Shown one piece after another: positions 39,110 to 48,307 of a stretch of 64,000 nucleotides of DNA. A program made the position numbers and the translations under genes. How positions within the stretch are numbered: the first letter of the stretch is position 1; every line of letters begins with the position of its first letter. The stretch comes from Bacteroidia bacterium. GTDB taxonomy: Bacteria; Bacteroidota; Bacteroidia; Palsa-965. The DNA lies in the NCBI GenBank assembly GCA_039918435.1, contig JBDSHN010000075.1:13342-77341 (forward strand), given 5' to 3'. Below the pieces are notes generated by a model. The model was not told the DNA's origin and searched no databases. It worked only from the letters and a program-made list of their open reading frames with translations.

Positions 39110-40210
39110 TTATTTTCCGCCATTCTTAATAAATGTATTCAGCTTTTCTTTATCGCTGCTGAATGTCAATTCATCCACGAGCTTGTAGTAATTATTCTGA
39201 TCGGCACACTTTGCATAAAGCAACTTGAATGCTTTGACTTTTTCATCGCCGAAAGAAAATTCCTTTCCGATTAATTTGATCTGGTCCACGCTGAAGCAAT
39301 GATCCTTTGCCAAAAGCTCTACCAATCCCATTTTATCAGCAGGAAAACTTTTTGCTTTCAACGAAGTCATAATGCCGTTAAAATCTGTAGTTGATACGCT
39401 GCATACAACGGGTGCCGGCGCAGGAACAGCGACCGGTGGTGTCAGGTAGCCACTCGCAAATTCCTTCCATTGATTCTGCAAACGTATATCTGTAAAAAGA
39501 ACAATGCCCGACTGGTAATTTTCAAGATCATAGATTCTCGGGAAAGCGGATTGCATTTGCTGCAGGCGGAAATCTTCTGACTTTAACATGGAAACCAATT
39601 TCATCAGCTGTGCAAAATCAAGGCAGGAGGAATTGGATGCATTTTGAATTGCCACTTGTTTTGATTCATCTGTCGGCTGCACGAAAATATTTTGTGCAAT
39701 TGATTTGAAAGCCATTTCAGTTATTACTGGTCCGTTACAGCCGCGTTTGCCATTGTAATTAATGCTTGATGGATACGCTACATTCGGAAAAGAGGGAGAC
39801 ATTGGAGCTGGTGCAACAAGAATTGCCGGTTCGACAGGTGCAGGAGCTGCAACAGGTTCGTGAATGTAATCGTGGAGACGGAAGGCATAAGAAAATGCAG
39901 TGAACGAATCGTATACATCATAAAAATTCACCTGGTCGAACGTATGCGAATAGGCAACTTTGCAAAATTCAAGGCGGTAATTGTCTTCTGTAAAAAGAAG
40001 TGCAATATTTTTTACCTGCGCCGCCATCAGGCAATTTGTCCCGGCAAATGCTGTGGCTTTTTCCAGCTTTTTCTGATTCGTTTGCTGAATGGCTACCTGG
40101 TTAAAATTGGCCTGGAAAATTTGCTGACTTACCGGGTTAATGCAATTCTGTGAAAAACCTGCCAGCGAAAAAGCAATAGCAAAGAAGAAAATAAAAGTAA
40201 TTTTTTTCAT
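39110..40210 (-). CDS. Secreted protein with three DUF4476-like repeats separated by Pro/Ala-rich linkers
   Basis: Signal peptide. Three modules of about 100 aa each end in ...F(N/T)..(S/K)..F..D....L.... The linkers are VAAPAPVEPAILVAPAP and PAPAPV. Confidence 0.4.
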   Translation of the reverse strand: MKKITFIFFFAIAFSLAGFSQNCINPVSQQIFQANFNQVAIQQTNQKKLEKATAFAGTNCLMAAQVKNIALLFTEDNYRLEFCKVAYSHTFDQVNFYDVYDSFTAFSYAFRLHDYIHEPVAAPAPVEPAILVAPAPMSPSFPNVAYPSSINYNGKRGCNGPVITEMAFKSIAQNIFVQPTDESKQVAIQNASNSSCLDFAQLMKLVSMLKSEDFRLQQMQSAFPRIYDLENYQSGIVLFTDIRLQNQWKEFASGYLTPPVAVPAPAPVVCSVSTTDFNGIMTSLKAKSFPADKMGLVELLAKDHCFSVDQIKLIGKEFSFGDEKVKAFKLLYAKCADQNNYYKLVDELTFSSDKEKLNTFIKNGGK

Positions 40211-40323
40211 GAGGGGAGGAAGTTTACCGTGTTCTGTGTTTTTAATTTTGATCGTTATTTAAAAAATCTTTGACTGAATGTTTTCCTGTAAAACAAAAGT
40301 AATGCCAGTTTTTTGAAATATAC

Positions 40324-41898
40324 TCAGTCACTAACCAAAACTTCACCTGTCATTTCTTCAGGAACATCAATTCCCATCATGGTGAGCAGGGAAGGAGCGA
40401 GATCAGCCAACTTTCCGTTTTTAATTTTTTTGTAATTCGCATCAATCAAAATGCAGGGAACAGGATTGGTGGAATGCGCTGTATTAGGCGTACCATCGGG
40501 GTTGATCATATAATCCGCATTTCCATGATCGGCGATGATGATGAAAGAATAATTATTTTTTATTCCTGCTTCCACCACACGCTGCAAACACACATCGACT
40601 GTTTCAACGGCTTTGATCACCGAAGGATAAACACCGGTGTGTCCCACCATATCAGCGTTGGCGAAATTGAGGCAAACAAAATCCGGGTTGCCTTTTTCAA
40701 GCTCGGGAACAATTGCATCTGTCAATGGAATTGCGCTCATTTCCGGTTGCAGGTCATACGTTGCAACTTTCGGTGAAGGAATCATAATGCGTGATTCGCC
40801 ATGGAATTCCTGCTCACGGCCGCCGGAGAAAAAGAAAGTAACATGCGGATATTTTTCTGTTTCAGCAATGCGGATCTGCTTCAGATTAGCTTTGGCGATC
40901 ACTTCACCCAAGGTCATTTTCAGATCATCTTTATCATAAATGACATGCACGTTTTTAAATGAATGGTCGTAATTCGTCATCGTGACGTAAAACAACGGAA
41001 TTGTTTTCATTCCCTGGTCGGGCATATCTTTTTGCGTGAGCACGGTAGTAATTTCCCTGCAACGGTCGGTGCGGAAATTAAAACAAAGTACAGCATCGCC
41101 TTCCCTGATCGTCGCTACCGGAGAATTATTTTCTGTAAGGATGATCGGCTTAATAAATTCATCCGTTACATTTTCAGCATACGAATCAGTAATTGCTTTT
41201 AATGCATCCGTTGAAAAATTTCCAATTCCGTTTACCAAACCATCATAAGCAATCTTCACGCGTTCCCATCTTTTATCGCGGTCCATGGCATAATATCTTC
41301 CCGTAATTGAAGCAAGTTTCCCTGTGGTAGATTTTATATGCTCCAGCAAGTTGCTGATATACGCATAGCCACTTTTCGGATCTGTATCACGTCCGTCGGT
41401 GAAGGCGTGCACAAATACATTTTCCACATTATGTTTTTTTGCGAGACTCAATAAATGATGCAAATGGGCCTGCGAAGAATGCACACCGCCTTCTGAAACC
41501 AGCCCGATAAAATGCAGCGCTTTTTTTCTTGCTCCTTCGGGGTTTTGTTTTACGTATTCGAATGTTTCAAGAATTACCGGATGTGTATCAATTGTTTTTT
41601 CTCTACAGGCCAGATTTATTTTCGCGAGATCCTGGTAAACAATACGACCAGCCCCTATATTCAAATGGCCTACTTCCGAATTTCCCATTTGTCCATCAGG
41701 CAAACCAACATCTTCACCGGACGTTTTTAATGTGCTGTGCGGATAGGTTGCAAGCAGATGATCGAAGAATGGAGTACGCGCATTTGCAATGGCATCCGAT
41801 TTTGTTCCATCACCGATTCCCCATCCATCAAGAATAATGAGCGCTGCCTTTTGCACTTTCCTTTTTTGTTCTGTGCTTGTTGAAGAATTCGTTTTCAT
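40324..41898 (-). CDS. gpmI: 2,3-bisphosphoglycerate-independent phosphoglycerate mutase
   Basis: LIILDGWGIG...SEVGHLNIGAGRIVYQ...ADHGNADYM is canonical iPGM. 524 aa. Confidence 0.85.
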   Translation of the reverse strand: MKTNSSTSTEQKRKVQKAALIILDGWGIGDGTKSDAIANARTPFFDHLLATYPHSTLKTSGEDVGLPDGQMGNSEVGHLNIGAGRIVYQDLAKINLACREKTIDTHPVILETFEYVKQNPEGARKKALHFIGLVSEGGVHSSQAHLHHLLSLAKKHNVENVFVHAFTDGRDTDPKSGYAYISNLLEHIKSTTGKLASITGRYYAMDRDKRWERVKIAYDGLVNGIGNFSTDALKAITDSYAENVTDEFIKPIILTENNSPVATIREGDAVLCFNFRTDRCREITTVLTQKDMPDQGMKTIPLFYVTMTNYDHSFKNVHVIYDKDDLKMTLGEVIAKANLKQIRIAETEKYPHVTFFFSGGREQEFHGESRIMIPSPKVATYDLQPEMSAIPLTDAIVPELEKGNPDFVCLNFANADMVGHTGVYPSVIKAVETVDVCLQRVVEAGIKNNYSFIIIADHGNADYMINPDGTPNTAHSTNPVPCILIDANYKKIKNGKLADLAPSLLTMMGIDVPEEMTGEVLVSD

Positions 41899-42893
41899 AT
41901 TTTAGGTAGTGTAATTTCAAAAATGCTTCCGCCTCCATCATTGTCATGAATTTTAACCTGCCAGTTATGCGCTTCAGAAAGTGAGCGGACGATATACAGT
42001 CCCAGTCCGGTTCCTTTTGTCGTGCGTGTTTCTTCATTACCAATGCGGTAAAATCTTCCGAAAATATTTTCTCTTTCCGCACCCGGAATTCCAGCGCCGC
42101 GATCGGCAACAGCTAAAACGGTCGAATCATTTTTCTTTGTAAGTGAAATTTTTATTTCTGTTCCCGGCTTCGAATATTTAACAGCATTTTCCACAATGTT
42201 CAGGAACATGGAGTGAAAACCAATACGGTCAAATGATGCATAAATATCCGGTTCAATGAAAACCTTAACTTCATGATGTCGTGCTGAACCTGAAGAAATC
42301 TTTTCTGTAAGCGCTTTCAATTCTTCAGAAAGATTTATTTTTTCAGGATGATGCGAATAGCTATGATTATCAAGACGCGCGGCAACAAGTATATTTTCAA
42401 CGAGTGCATTCAGCCGGTCTGTATCTTCAATTGCATCTTCTAGCATTTCATGTTGCTTCTCCTTCGGAAGATCTCTTTTGCGTATCGTTTCCAGCTGCAA
42501 ACGAACAGAAGCAAGAGGCGATTTTAATTCATGTGTAACAGACAGCAGGAAGTTTTTCTGTTGTGCAGAAAGTGCAACTTCTTTTTTGAAACTGTTTCTT
42601 GTCCGCAGAATTCCCAGCAAAAGCAACACAAGAAAAACAGATCCTTCGCCGAAGATCATCATCCATTGTTTGTGCAGCTTTTCTTTTAAGATCGCATTCT
42701 GAAGGGCAAGGTCTGACGTATTCAAAGTAACAGGCTGAGGAGACGACATGGAAATAAGCGCTTGCTGTTCGAGCACAGTTACATCGTTATTTAAACGCAC
42801 GAGCAGAAATGCCCACCATCCGAATTGGATGAAGACGTAAACTACAACAATATAAAACAGCAATAAAGGCCGCGGACGCTTCCCTGTAGGCAT
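41895..42893 (-). CDS. Sensor histidine kinase (HisKA + HATPase_c), membrane-bound
   Basis: Two N-terminal TM helices. H-box VTHELKSPLASVRLQLE, N-box NIVENAVKYS, and G-boxes ADRGAGIP and GTGLGLYIV. It overlaps gpmI by 4 bp, and no response regulator is adjacent. Confidence 0.75.
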   Translation of the reverse strand: MPTGKRPRPLLLFYIVVVYVFIQFGWWAFLLVRLNNDVTVLEQQALISMSSPQPVTLNTSDLALQNAILKEKLHKQWMMIFGEGSVFLVLLLLGILRTRNSFKKEVALSAQQKNFLLSVTHELKSPLASVRLQLETIRKRDLPKEKQHEMLEDAIEDTDRLNALVENILVAARLDNHSYSHHPEKINLSEELKALTEKISSGSARHHEVKVFIEPDIYASFDRIGFHSMFLNIVENAVKYSKPGTEIKISLTKKNDSTVLAVADRGAGIPGAERENIFGRFYRIGNEETRTTKGTGLGLYIVRSLSEAHNWQVKIHDNDGGGSIFEITLPKI

Positions 42894-43003
42894 ACGTCAA
42901 AGATACAAATGAAAAAGTCCCGCTCTAGACGGGACTTTTAGGGGAGAACTTGTGACAAACCCATGAAAACTTAACACATATTCCCCTTTTTCAGTATTGA
43001 ACT

Positions 43004-43456
43004 TTATTTTGTGATGTGCGCCGGAGAAAAATTATCGAAGCCTGTTTTTATTTCATTTGCATCGGCCTGCAGCTGTAATAAGTCTGCTTTTAATTCCGCA
43101 AGCTGCGCTTCGTTGCGTTCTGCATTGGTTGTATCTGCCTGTATCAATTGCATTTTATGGTAAGCCTGGCGTTCTGAATTCTTTTCAAGCAAGTCTTTAT
43201 GATGATTTACAATTTCCAGCGCTTTGCTGTCTTTTACACAGCCCATTTCATCGCTGTATATTTTAACATGGTTAGCGTGAATGAGCTTCACTTCAGCCAA
43301 CTGCTTTTCGAAAAGGGAAACCTGTTGCGCTAACAAAACGGATGAACCGGTTGATTTCTGATCGGCCTTGCTTTCATTACACGAAGAGCAAAAAATGGCG
43401 GTTAACGTAAAAACAAAAGCGACTAAAGGAACAAGTGAACGGCGGTACGTTTGCAT
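43004..43456 (-). CDS. Hypothetical coiled-coil lipoprotein
   Basis: Lipoprotein signal ...FTLTAIFCSSC, then a helical Gln/Leu/Ala-rich region. 150 aa. Confidence 0.4.
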   Translation of the reverse strand: MQTYRRSLVPLVAFVFTLTAIFCSSCNESKADQKSTGSSVLLAQQVSLFEKQLAEVKLIHANHVKIYSDEMGCVKDSKALEIVNHHKDLLEKNSERQAYHKMQLIQADTTNAERNEAQLAELKADLLQLQADANEIKTGFDNFSPAHITK

Positions 43457-43788
43457 CTGAATAAATTAAGGGATGCAAAAATAGTTTTCATAATGACAGG
43501 AAAGAAAAGTATTAGACGACAGGAAATTCAGGTCAGACCGATGACGTATGGACAGCGATGAGTGAATAAATAATATGCAGCAGGAGGAAAAATTATTGAG
43601 CAATTCCCCATATTGGGAAAAATTTTTATTTTATTTTGCCTGGTATAGCTGCGGCAAATTATTTTAAAAAGATGGAAGAAATAGTACAGCGTTGAGACAA
43701 AAAATAGCCGCCATTTAAGAGGGCAGCTATGAAAATATTAAAGTGGGACGTACTGGGTTCGTCCGCCGCGGCGGACAGTGAACTCTAC

Positions 43789-44034
43789 TTAATATCCTGT
43801 TTGAGATTTAATAAAATCTCTTCCCTTGCCGCTTTTAAGAAATTTCTCACGTGCTATTGCTTCGGATCGTGTTTCAAATTCTTCTTTGTAAATCAAGCTC
43901 CATGGACCTTTATTCTTGGTATAAACACCAAGCAATCCAAGATTGTGCTGAATTAGCCGGGTTTCAATATCCTCAGTATGCCCAGTGTACTTTTTACAAA
44001 CTTTTTCAGAAAAGATGACATAAATATAAAACAT
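43789..44034 (-). CDS. GIY-YIG nuclease family protein (YhbQ/UPF0213-like)
   Basis: The 81-aa protein MFYIYVIFSEKVCKKYTGHTEDIETRLIQHN...FETRSEAIAREKFLKSGKGRDFIK is a paralogue of 48020..48307. Confidence 0.7.
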   Translation of the reverse strand: MFYIYVIFSEKVCKKYTGHTEDIETRLIQHNLGLLGVYTKNKGPWSLIYKEEFETRSEAIAREKFLKSGKGRDFIKSQTGY

Positions 44035-44042
44035 AGCTTAAC

Positions 44043-44074
44043 AAAAAAATAGCTACCAATTGAAGTTGGCAGCT
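44043..44074 (-). terminator. Hairpin plus U-run between tRNA-Val(GAC) and the GIY-YIG ORF
   Basis: On the minus strand: agcugcc, loop, gguagcu, then AUUUUUUU. The ORF start codon is 8 nt further on. Confidence 0.6.
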
Positions 44075-44094
44075 ATGGTTATTATTAAATTTTG

Positions 44095-44169
44095 TGGGAC
44101 GTACTGGGTTCGAACCAGTGACCTCTACGTTGTCGACGTAGCGCTCTAAACCAGCTGAGCTAACATCCC
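44095..44169 (-). tRNA. tRNA-Val (anticodon GAC)
   Basis: Minus strand: GGGATGTTAGCTCAGCTGGTTTAGAGCGCTACGTCGACAACGTAGAGGTCACTGGTTCGAACCCAGTACGTCCCA. It has D- and T-arm consensus, the anticodon loop TCGACAA, and a 7-bp acceptor stem with one G-U pair. The discriminator is A and CCA is not encoded. Confidence 0.85.
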
Positions 44170-44216
44170 TGCGGGCACGAAATTAAATAATTAAATGGAA
44201 GTTGCTGCCAAAACAA

Positions 44217-44909
44217 TTATTTGCGTTGCTTGATCAGTTCGAAAAAAGGTTTCTTATACGTTTCCGAAACAGGAATAAAAATTTCCCCGATCTTGATTTC
44301 GTCACGCTCGATCGATTCTATCTTGTCAATCGCAACCATAAAAGATTTATGCACCCTGAAAATTATTTCGGATGAAATCTGCGCTTCAAAATCTTTAAAC
44401 GTCTGAAGCGTCATTATTTTTTTCGTCGTAGTATGAATTCTTCTGTAATCGCGCATTCCTTCGATATAAATTATTTCTGGAAGGGAAATTTTTTCAAGGC
44501 GATACTCGGTTTTGACAAAAATATAATCCTTACCGGTTACAGGAATATTTTTTTCCGATTCGATGCGTACACGTTCCACAGCCTGGAAAAAACGCTCGAA
44601 CGTATACGGTTTTAATAAATAATCAGTCACATTCAGCTCGAAACCTTTAAGCGCAAATTCCTGGTATGCAGTGGTAATAATGATCTTTGCATTTGTCTGT
44701 GCTGATTCAAGAAGCTGAATGCCGGAAAGCTCACCGAGATTAATATCCAAAAACACTAAATCAACCGTATTGGATTTTAAAAATGCAAGTGCTGCGTAAG
44801 CATTATCAAATGTGGCAAGCAAATGCAAATGAGCAAGCTTTAATACATAGTTCCTCGCCCGTTCAAGCGCTAAGGGTTCGTCCTCTACAATAATGCAGTT
44901 AATTTTCAT
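44217..44909 (-). CDS. LytTR-family response regulator (REC + LytTR DNA-binding)
   Basis: REC domain (IVEDEPLALE...DLVFLDINL...) and a C-terminal LytTR domain (FVKTEYRLEKISLPEIIYIEGMRDYRRIHT). Confidence 0.8.
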   Translation of the reverse strand: MKINCIIVEDEPLALERARNYVLKLAHLHLLATFDNAYAALAFLKSNTVDLVFLDINLGELSGIQLLESAQTNAKIIITTAYQEFALKGFELNVTDYLLKPYTFERFFQAVERVRIESEKNIPVTGKDYIFVKTEYRLEKISLPEIIYIEGMRDYRRIHTTTKKIMTLQTFKDFEAQISSEIIFRVHKSFMVAIDKIESIERDEIKIGEIFIPVSETYKKPFFELIKQRK

Positions 44910-45969
44910 TCCGCCTGATGATCAGTTTAACATGATACACTTCATCTGCACTCGTCACATCTAAGGTATGCATCCCGGGATATAAAAGCGCCAGCCGTTT
45001 TTTTATCAATTCATTCCCAAGCCCGCCTTGTTCATCACCTTTTTGTTTTTGCGTGAAATGATTTTTGCAATTGAAAATAATTTTATCCGGCGCTATCTCA
45101 AAATCAATACTGATCGTGTTGGACGATTTTTTATTTTCGGAATGCTTAAATGCATTTTCTATAAACGGAACAAATAACATCGGCTCAATCAGCATGCCTT
45201 CTGCATCACCCTTCACGCTGTATTGAATGTAATCAGGATTGGAAGTTCTGATTTTCTGCAGGCTGATGTATTCTTCAATGTAAGTTAACTCCCTTGTGAG
45301 CAATATTTTTTCCGTTTTGGTTTCATACAGCATAAAGCGCATGATTCCCGAAAGTTTATTCAGGTAAGCCGAAGCTTTTTTCGCATCTTTTTCAATCAGC
45401 ACATCAATATTATTAAGCGTGTTGAATAAAAAATGCGGATTAAGCTGCGATTTTACCAATGCCATTTCCATTTCGAAATTCTTTTGTGTCAGCTCTTCTT
45501 TTAGTTTGATATCACCATACCACGAAATAAATCCACGCATGACCAAAGCAATAATGCCATGAATAAGCGCCAGGATGGAAATTACGATTGTAATTGTAAT
45601 CGCGGAATTCCAATGGTCAGCAAACATAATAAGGGGATTAACAAAAACAGATAAGAACGTTTCAGGAATGATCGCGCTGATCATTGACACTAAAATTCCG
45701 GCGACAATCAGTGCAAGAATTTTTCTGCGTTTTAGAAATTTATCAAACAGGAAAAAATAAAACGCGTAGAATGAAAGTAAAGCTGTTCCGATGGTTAAAG
45801 CCGTTAAAGGCGATAAAAACAAAAGCTTCATCAGCTGGATCAGCCCCGGCGTAAAACGGTTTGAGCCCGCACTCATTGCCAGCAGAAGGCCGAACAGTAA
45901 TAAAAAGTACAGCAGCCAATATCCGGCATGCAAAAGAAGAGTGACGGTTTTTTTCATTGGATTGCGCAT
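44899..45969 (-). CDS. LytS/YehU-type sensor histidine kinase (His_kinase + HATPase)
   Basis: An N-terminal multi-TM domain precedes the LytS-type His_kinase motif QLNPHFLFNTLNNI. It overlaps the response-regulator start. Confidence 0.75.
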   Translation of the reverse strand: MRNPMKKTVTLLLHAGYWLLYFLLLFGLLLAMSAGSNRFTPGLIQLMKLLFLSPLTALTIGTALLSFYAFYFFLFDKFLKRRKILALIVAGILVSMISAIIPETFLSVFVNPLIMFADHWNSAITITIVISILALIHGIIALVMRGFISWYGDIKLKEELTQKNFEMEMALVKSQLNPHFLFNTLNNIDVLIEKDAKKASAYLNKLSGIMRFMLYETKTEKILLTRELTYIEEYISLQKIRTSNPDYIQYSVKGDAEGMLIEPMLFVPFIENAFKHSENKKSSNTISIDFEIAPDKIIFNCKNHFTQKQKGDEQGGLGNELIKKRLALLYPGMHTLDVTSADEVYHVKLIIRRNEN

Positions 45970-46009
45970 GTAAATTATGCAATATTCAGCTTGTACATTC
46001 TTAATCTGC

Positions 46010-46780
46010 TCATCCCTTTTCTTTTTTATTCACGTAAAGGATATAGCTGATAATTGTAAAGACCAAAAAGTATCCGAGCGCAAGCACATGAATTGGCGTT
46101 TCCCTGTTATACTTTCCAACGCCGTGTAAATAATTTAAACCGCAATAGCTATAAGGAATCCAGTGACCATATTCCCAGCCAAGTACGGCGATGGAAAGGA
46201 TCCAGCATGCAATTCCAAACGCAACCGGCACAAGGAAATTTTTAAACTGCAGACTGATCAGGTATTGAAGTGCAAGAACAGGAAGACAATCGATAAAGTA
46301 GTGAAAATTTTCTTTCACGAAAAATAACCACGGAATCGGTTCCGTTGGATATGCAATGCCGAAAACAAGGTTCGGAATAATGCCGCTAAGATAAATTCCG
46401 ATGTTGAAAAGAATGAAAAATTGCACCAGCATAACCAGAATCACCGTGAGCTTGGCAAAAAAAATGGTGGTTAATGTTTGTGGAGTTGTATGCAATTGTT
46501 TCCAGGTATTGTTTTTGAATTCCAGCTGTGTAATCAGGCTGGCGGCCAAAGCAATTCCTAACGGAAGCAAAAAAACAGCCATCGGTTCCAACGCATCATT
46601 CCATAGATTTTCCCAATAACGAGCTGAAATACTTGCTTTGCTTAATGCGCTATGTCGTACCAGTTTCGCAACTAAAATAACTGCGGGAATAAAAAATGCA
46701 CCAGCCACGACAAGGATCGAAGCAAGGCTGCGTTTCTTTTTTAACCATTCACTTTGAAAGGAATAAATAAAATTTCTCAT
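46010..46780 (-). CDS. ABC-2 type transporter permease
   Basis: 256 aa with about 6 TM helices. It overlaps the ATPase gene by 4 bp. Confidence 0.55.
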   Translation of the reverse strand: MRNFIYSFQSEWLKKKRSLASILVVAGAFFIPAVILVAKLVRHSALSKASISARYWENLWNDALEPMAVFLLPLGIALAASLITQLEFKNNTWKQLHTTPQTLTTIFFAKLTVILVMLVQFFILFNIGIYLSGIIPNLVFGIAYPTEPIPWLFFVKENFHYFIDCLPVLALQYLISLQFKNFLVPVAFGIACWILSIAVLGWEYGHWIPYSYCGLNYLHGVGKYNRETPIHVLALGYFLVFTIISYILYVNKKEKG

Positions 46781-47691
46781 TGTGCATCGTTTTTTACCAG
46801 GTCCATAAAAATAGATTCAAGGTCATTTTTCACATGATGTATCTGGAATACTTCAATATTGTTTTGTACAAGCTGCTTGTTTAAACCGGCTACTGTTTTT
46901 TCTTCCGTAACCGGAATTGAAACAGCTCCATGCAAAAGCACTGGCGTAAATCCATTTGCAGAAATTATCCTTGCCGTTTGTTCTGGATCATTCGTTTCAA
47001 ACTTTATAACAGCAGTTTGTTTTTGTTTCAAATGCAACTCATCAAGTGTTCCCTGGAACATAATGGAGCCTTTGTTGATTATACCGACGTGAGTCACCAT
47101 CTTTTCGATTTCAGCTAATAAATGGCTGGAAATAATAATGGTCATGTTCTGCTCCGTATTCAGTTTTTTCAAAAGGTCACGAATTTCCAGAATGCCATTC
47201 GGATCAAGTCCGTTGGTGGGTTCGTCCAGAATAAGCAGGGAAGGCGAGTGAAGCAATGCAATGGCGATGCTCAGCCGCTGTTTCATTCCAAGCGAAAAAT
47301 TCGAAGTCTTTTTATTTTTGGTATGAGACAGCCCGACAATTTCAAGCACTTCGTTAATCCGCTGCTCCGGACATTGATATACTTTTTGAAGTACGCGTAA
47401 ATTTTCTGCCGCAGTTAAATGTCCATAAAGAGAAGGCGATTCGATCAACGAACCGGTTTGCTTTAATAGTTCAATCCGGTGTGTGCTGAAAGGTTGATTG
47501 AAAATCAGAATCTCTCCTTTTTGTTTTTTAATCAATCCGAGCAGCAGCCGGAGCGTGGTTGTTTTTCCTGCTCCGTTCGGGCCTAAGAAGCCATACAATG
47601 AACCTTGCGGCACTTGCAGGTTAATATCTTTCAGCGCCGTTTCCCCGCCGGAAAATGTATGGGTAAGGTTTTTTGTCTCAATGCAGTTCAT
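46777..47691 (-). CDS. ABC transporter ATP-binding protein
   Basis: Walker A (GPNGAGKTT), signature (LSLGMKQRLSIAIAL), Walker B (LLILDEPTNGLD) and H-loop. Confidence 0.85.
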   Translation of the reverse strand: MNCIETKNLTHTFSGGETALKDINLQVPQGSLYGFLGPNGAGKTTTLRLLLGLIKKQKGEILIFNQPFSTHRIELLKQTGSLIESPSLYGHLTAAENLRVLQKVYQCPEQRINEVLEIVGLSHTKNKKTSNFSLGMKQRLSIAIALLHSPSLLILDEPTNGLDPNGILEIRDLLKKLNTEQNMTIIISSHLLAEIEKMVTHVGIINKGSIMFQGTLDELHLKQKQTAVIKFETNDPEQTARIISANGFTPVLLHGAVSIPVTEEKTVAGLNKQLVQNNIEVFQIHHVKNDLESIFMDLVKNDAQ

Positions 47692-47854
47692 GCAACTTTA
47701 TTTTGCTGCCAAAGTAGAAAAGGCTTGAACGCCTATGAAAACCGATATGCAAAGCGGGGGAGTTTGTCTGCGAAAGGGGTGATTAATCCTGCAAAATAAT
47801 CTGCGTTTTGTCCGTTTGGAGGAAAAAATCAGCTAAAACATTTTCCAATGAATT

Positions 47855-47884
47855 TTGCAGATGTAAAAGAAGCAGTTATATTTG
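47855..47884 (+). promoter_or_regulatory. Bacteroidota sigma-A promoter for tRNA-Val(TAC): TTG (-33) and TATATTTG (-7)
   Basis: TATATTTG at 47877-47884 fits TAnnTTTG. A TTG lies about 22 nt upstream, and the tRNA 5' end is 20 nt downstream. Confidence 0.5.
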
Positions 47885-47903
47885 CACCCCTCAAGGGAAA
47901 AAT

Positions 47904-47981
47904 GGGAGCTTAGCTCAGCTGGTTCAGAGCACCTGCCTTACAAGCAGGGGGTCATAGGTTCGAACCCTATAGCTCCCACCA
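47904..47981 (+). tRNA. tRNA-Val (anticodon TAC), CCA encoded
   Basis: GGGAGCTTAGCTCAGCTGGTTCAGAGCACCTGCCTTACAAGCAGGGGGTCATAGGTTCGAACCCTATAGCTCCCACCA. The anticodon loop is CTTACAA and the fold is a canonical cloverleaf. Confidence 0.85.
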
Positions 47982-47988
47982 CATTCTA

Positions 47989-48019
47989 CCCACTTTCTAT
48001 TATGAAAGTGGGTTTTTTT
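47989..48019 (+). terminator. Hairpin plus T7 between the tRNA and the GIY-YIG ORF
   Basis: cccactttc, loop tattat, gaaagtggg (9-bp stem), then TTTTTTT directly abutting the ATG at 48020. Confidence 0.65.
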
Positions 48020-48307
48020 ATGCCTAAAATCTACATCCTCTTTTCCAAAAAATTGAATAAATACTACGTTGGGTATACTTCTGATGATTTGGAAGAGCGT
48101 TTGAGAAAGCATAATTCTAATCACTCGGGTTTTACAGGCGGATTTGGTGATTGGGAGATTAAGCATTTCGAGTCTTTCGAAACAAAAGAAGAAGCATTAA
48201 TCAGAGAAAAACAAATAAAAGGGTGGAAGAGCAGAAAATTGATAGAAAAACTAATCAAAAAATATGATTCAGAGCATCCCGACATGAAGTCGGGAGGAAC
48301 CCTATAG
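48020..48307 (+). CDS. GIY-YIG nuclease family protein (YhbQ/UPF0213-like)
   Basis: MPKIYILFSKKLNKYYVGYTSDDLEERLRKHN...FETKEEALIREKQIKGWKSRK has a GIY-YIG core. The listed ORF 47882..48307 runs spuriously through the tRNA. Confidence 0.7.
   Translation: MPKIYILFSKKLNKYYVGYTSDDLEERLRKHNSNHSGFTGGFGDWEIKHFESFETKEEALIREKQIKGWKSRKLIEKLIKKYDSEHPDMKSGGTL

Larger units (their letters stand above)
43743..44094 (-). mobile_element. tRNA-Val(GAC)-associated GIY-YIG cassette with duplicated tRNA 3' end
   Basis: gtgggacgtactgggttcg at 43743-43761 exactly repeats the 3' end of the tRNA-Val at 44094-44112. The interval holds a hairpin plus U7 (44043-44074, minus strand), the GIY-YIG ORF, and a palindrome GTCCGCCGCGGCGGAC (43761-43776). 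Confidence 0.5.

Noticed and set aside
44043-44074. Interpreting the hairpins after the tRNAs as simply the native tRNA terminators and nothing more
   Set aside because: They may be exactly that. However, both lie inside the interval bounded by the duplicated tRNA 3' end and directly abut the GIY-YIG start codon. I therefore report them as part of the cassette, while noting the alternative.
47882-48019. Listed ORF 47882..48307 starting upstream of and running through tRNA-Val(TAC)
   Set aside because: It translates through a tRNA gene and its terminator. The GIY-YIG homology begins only at the ATG at 48020.
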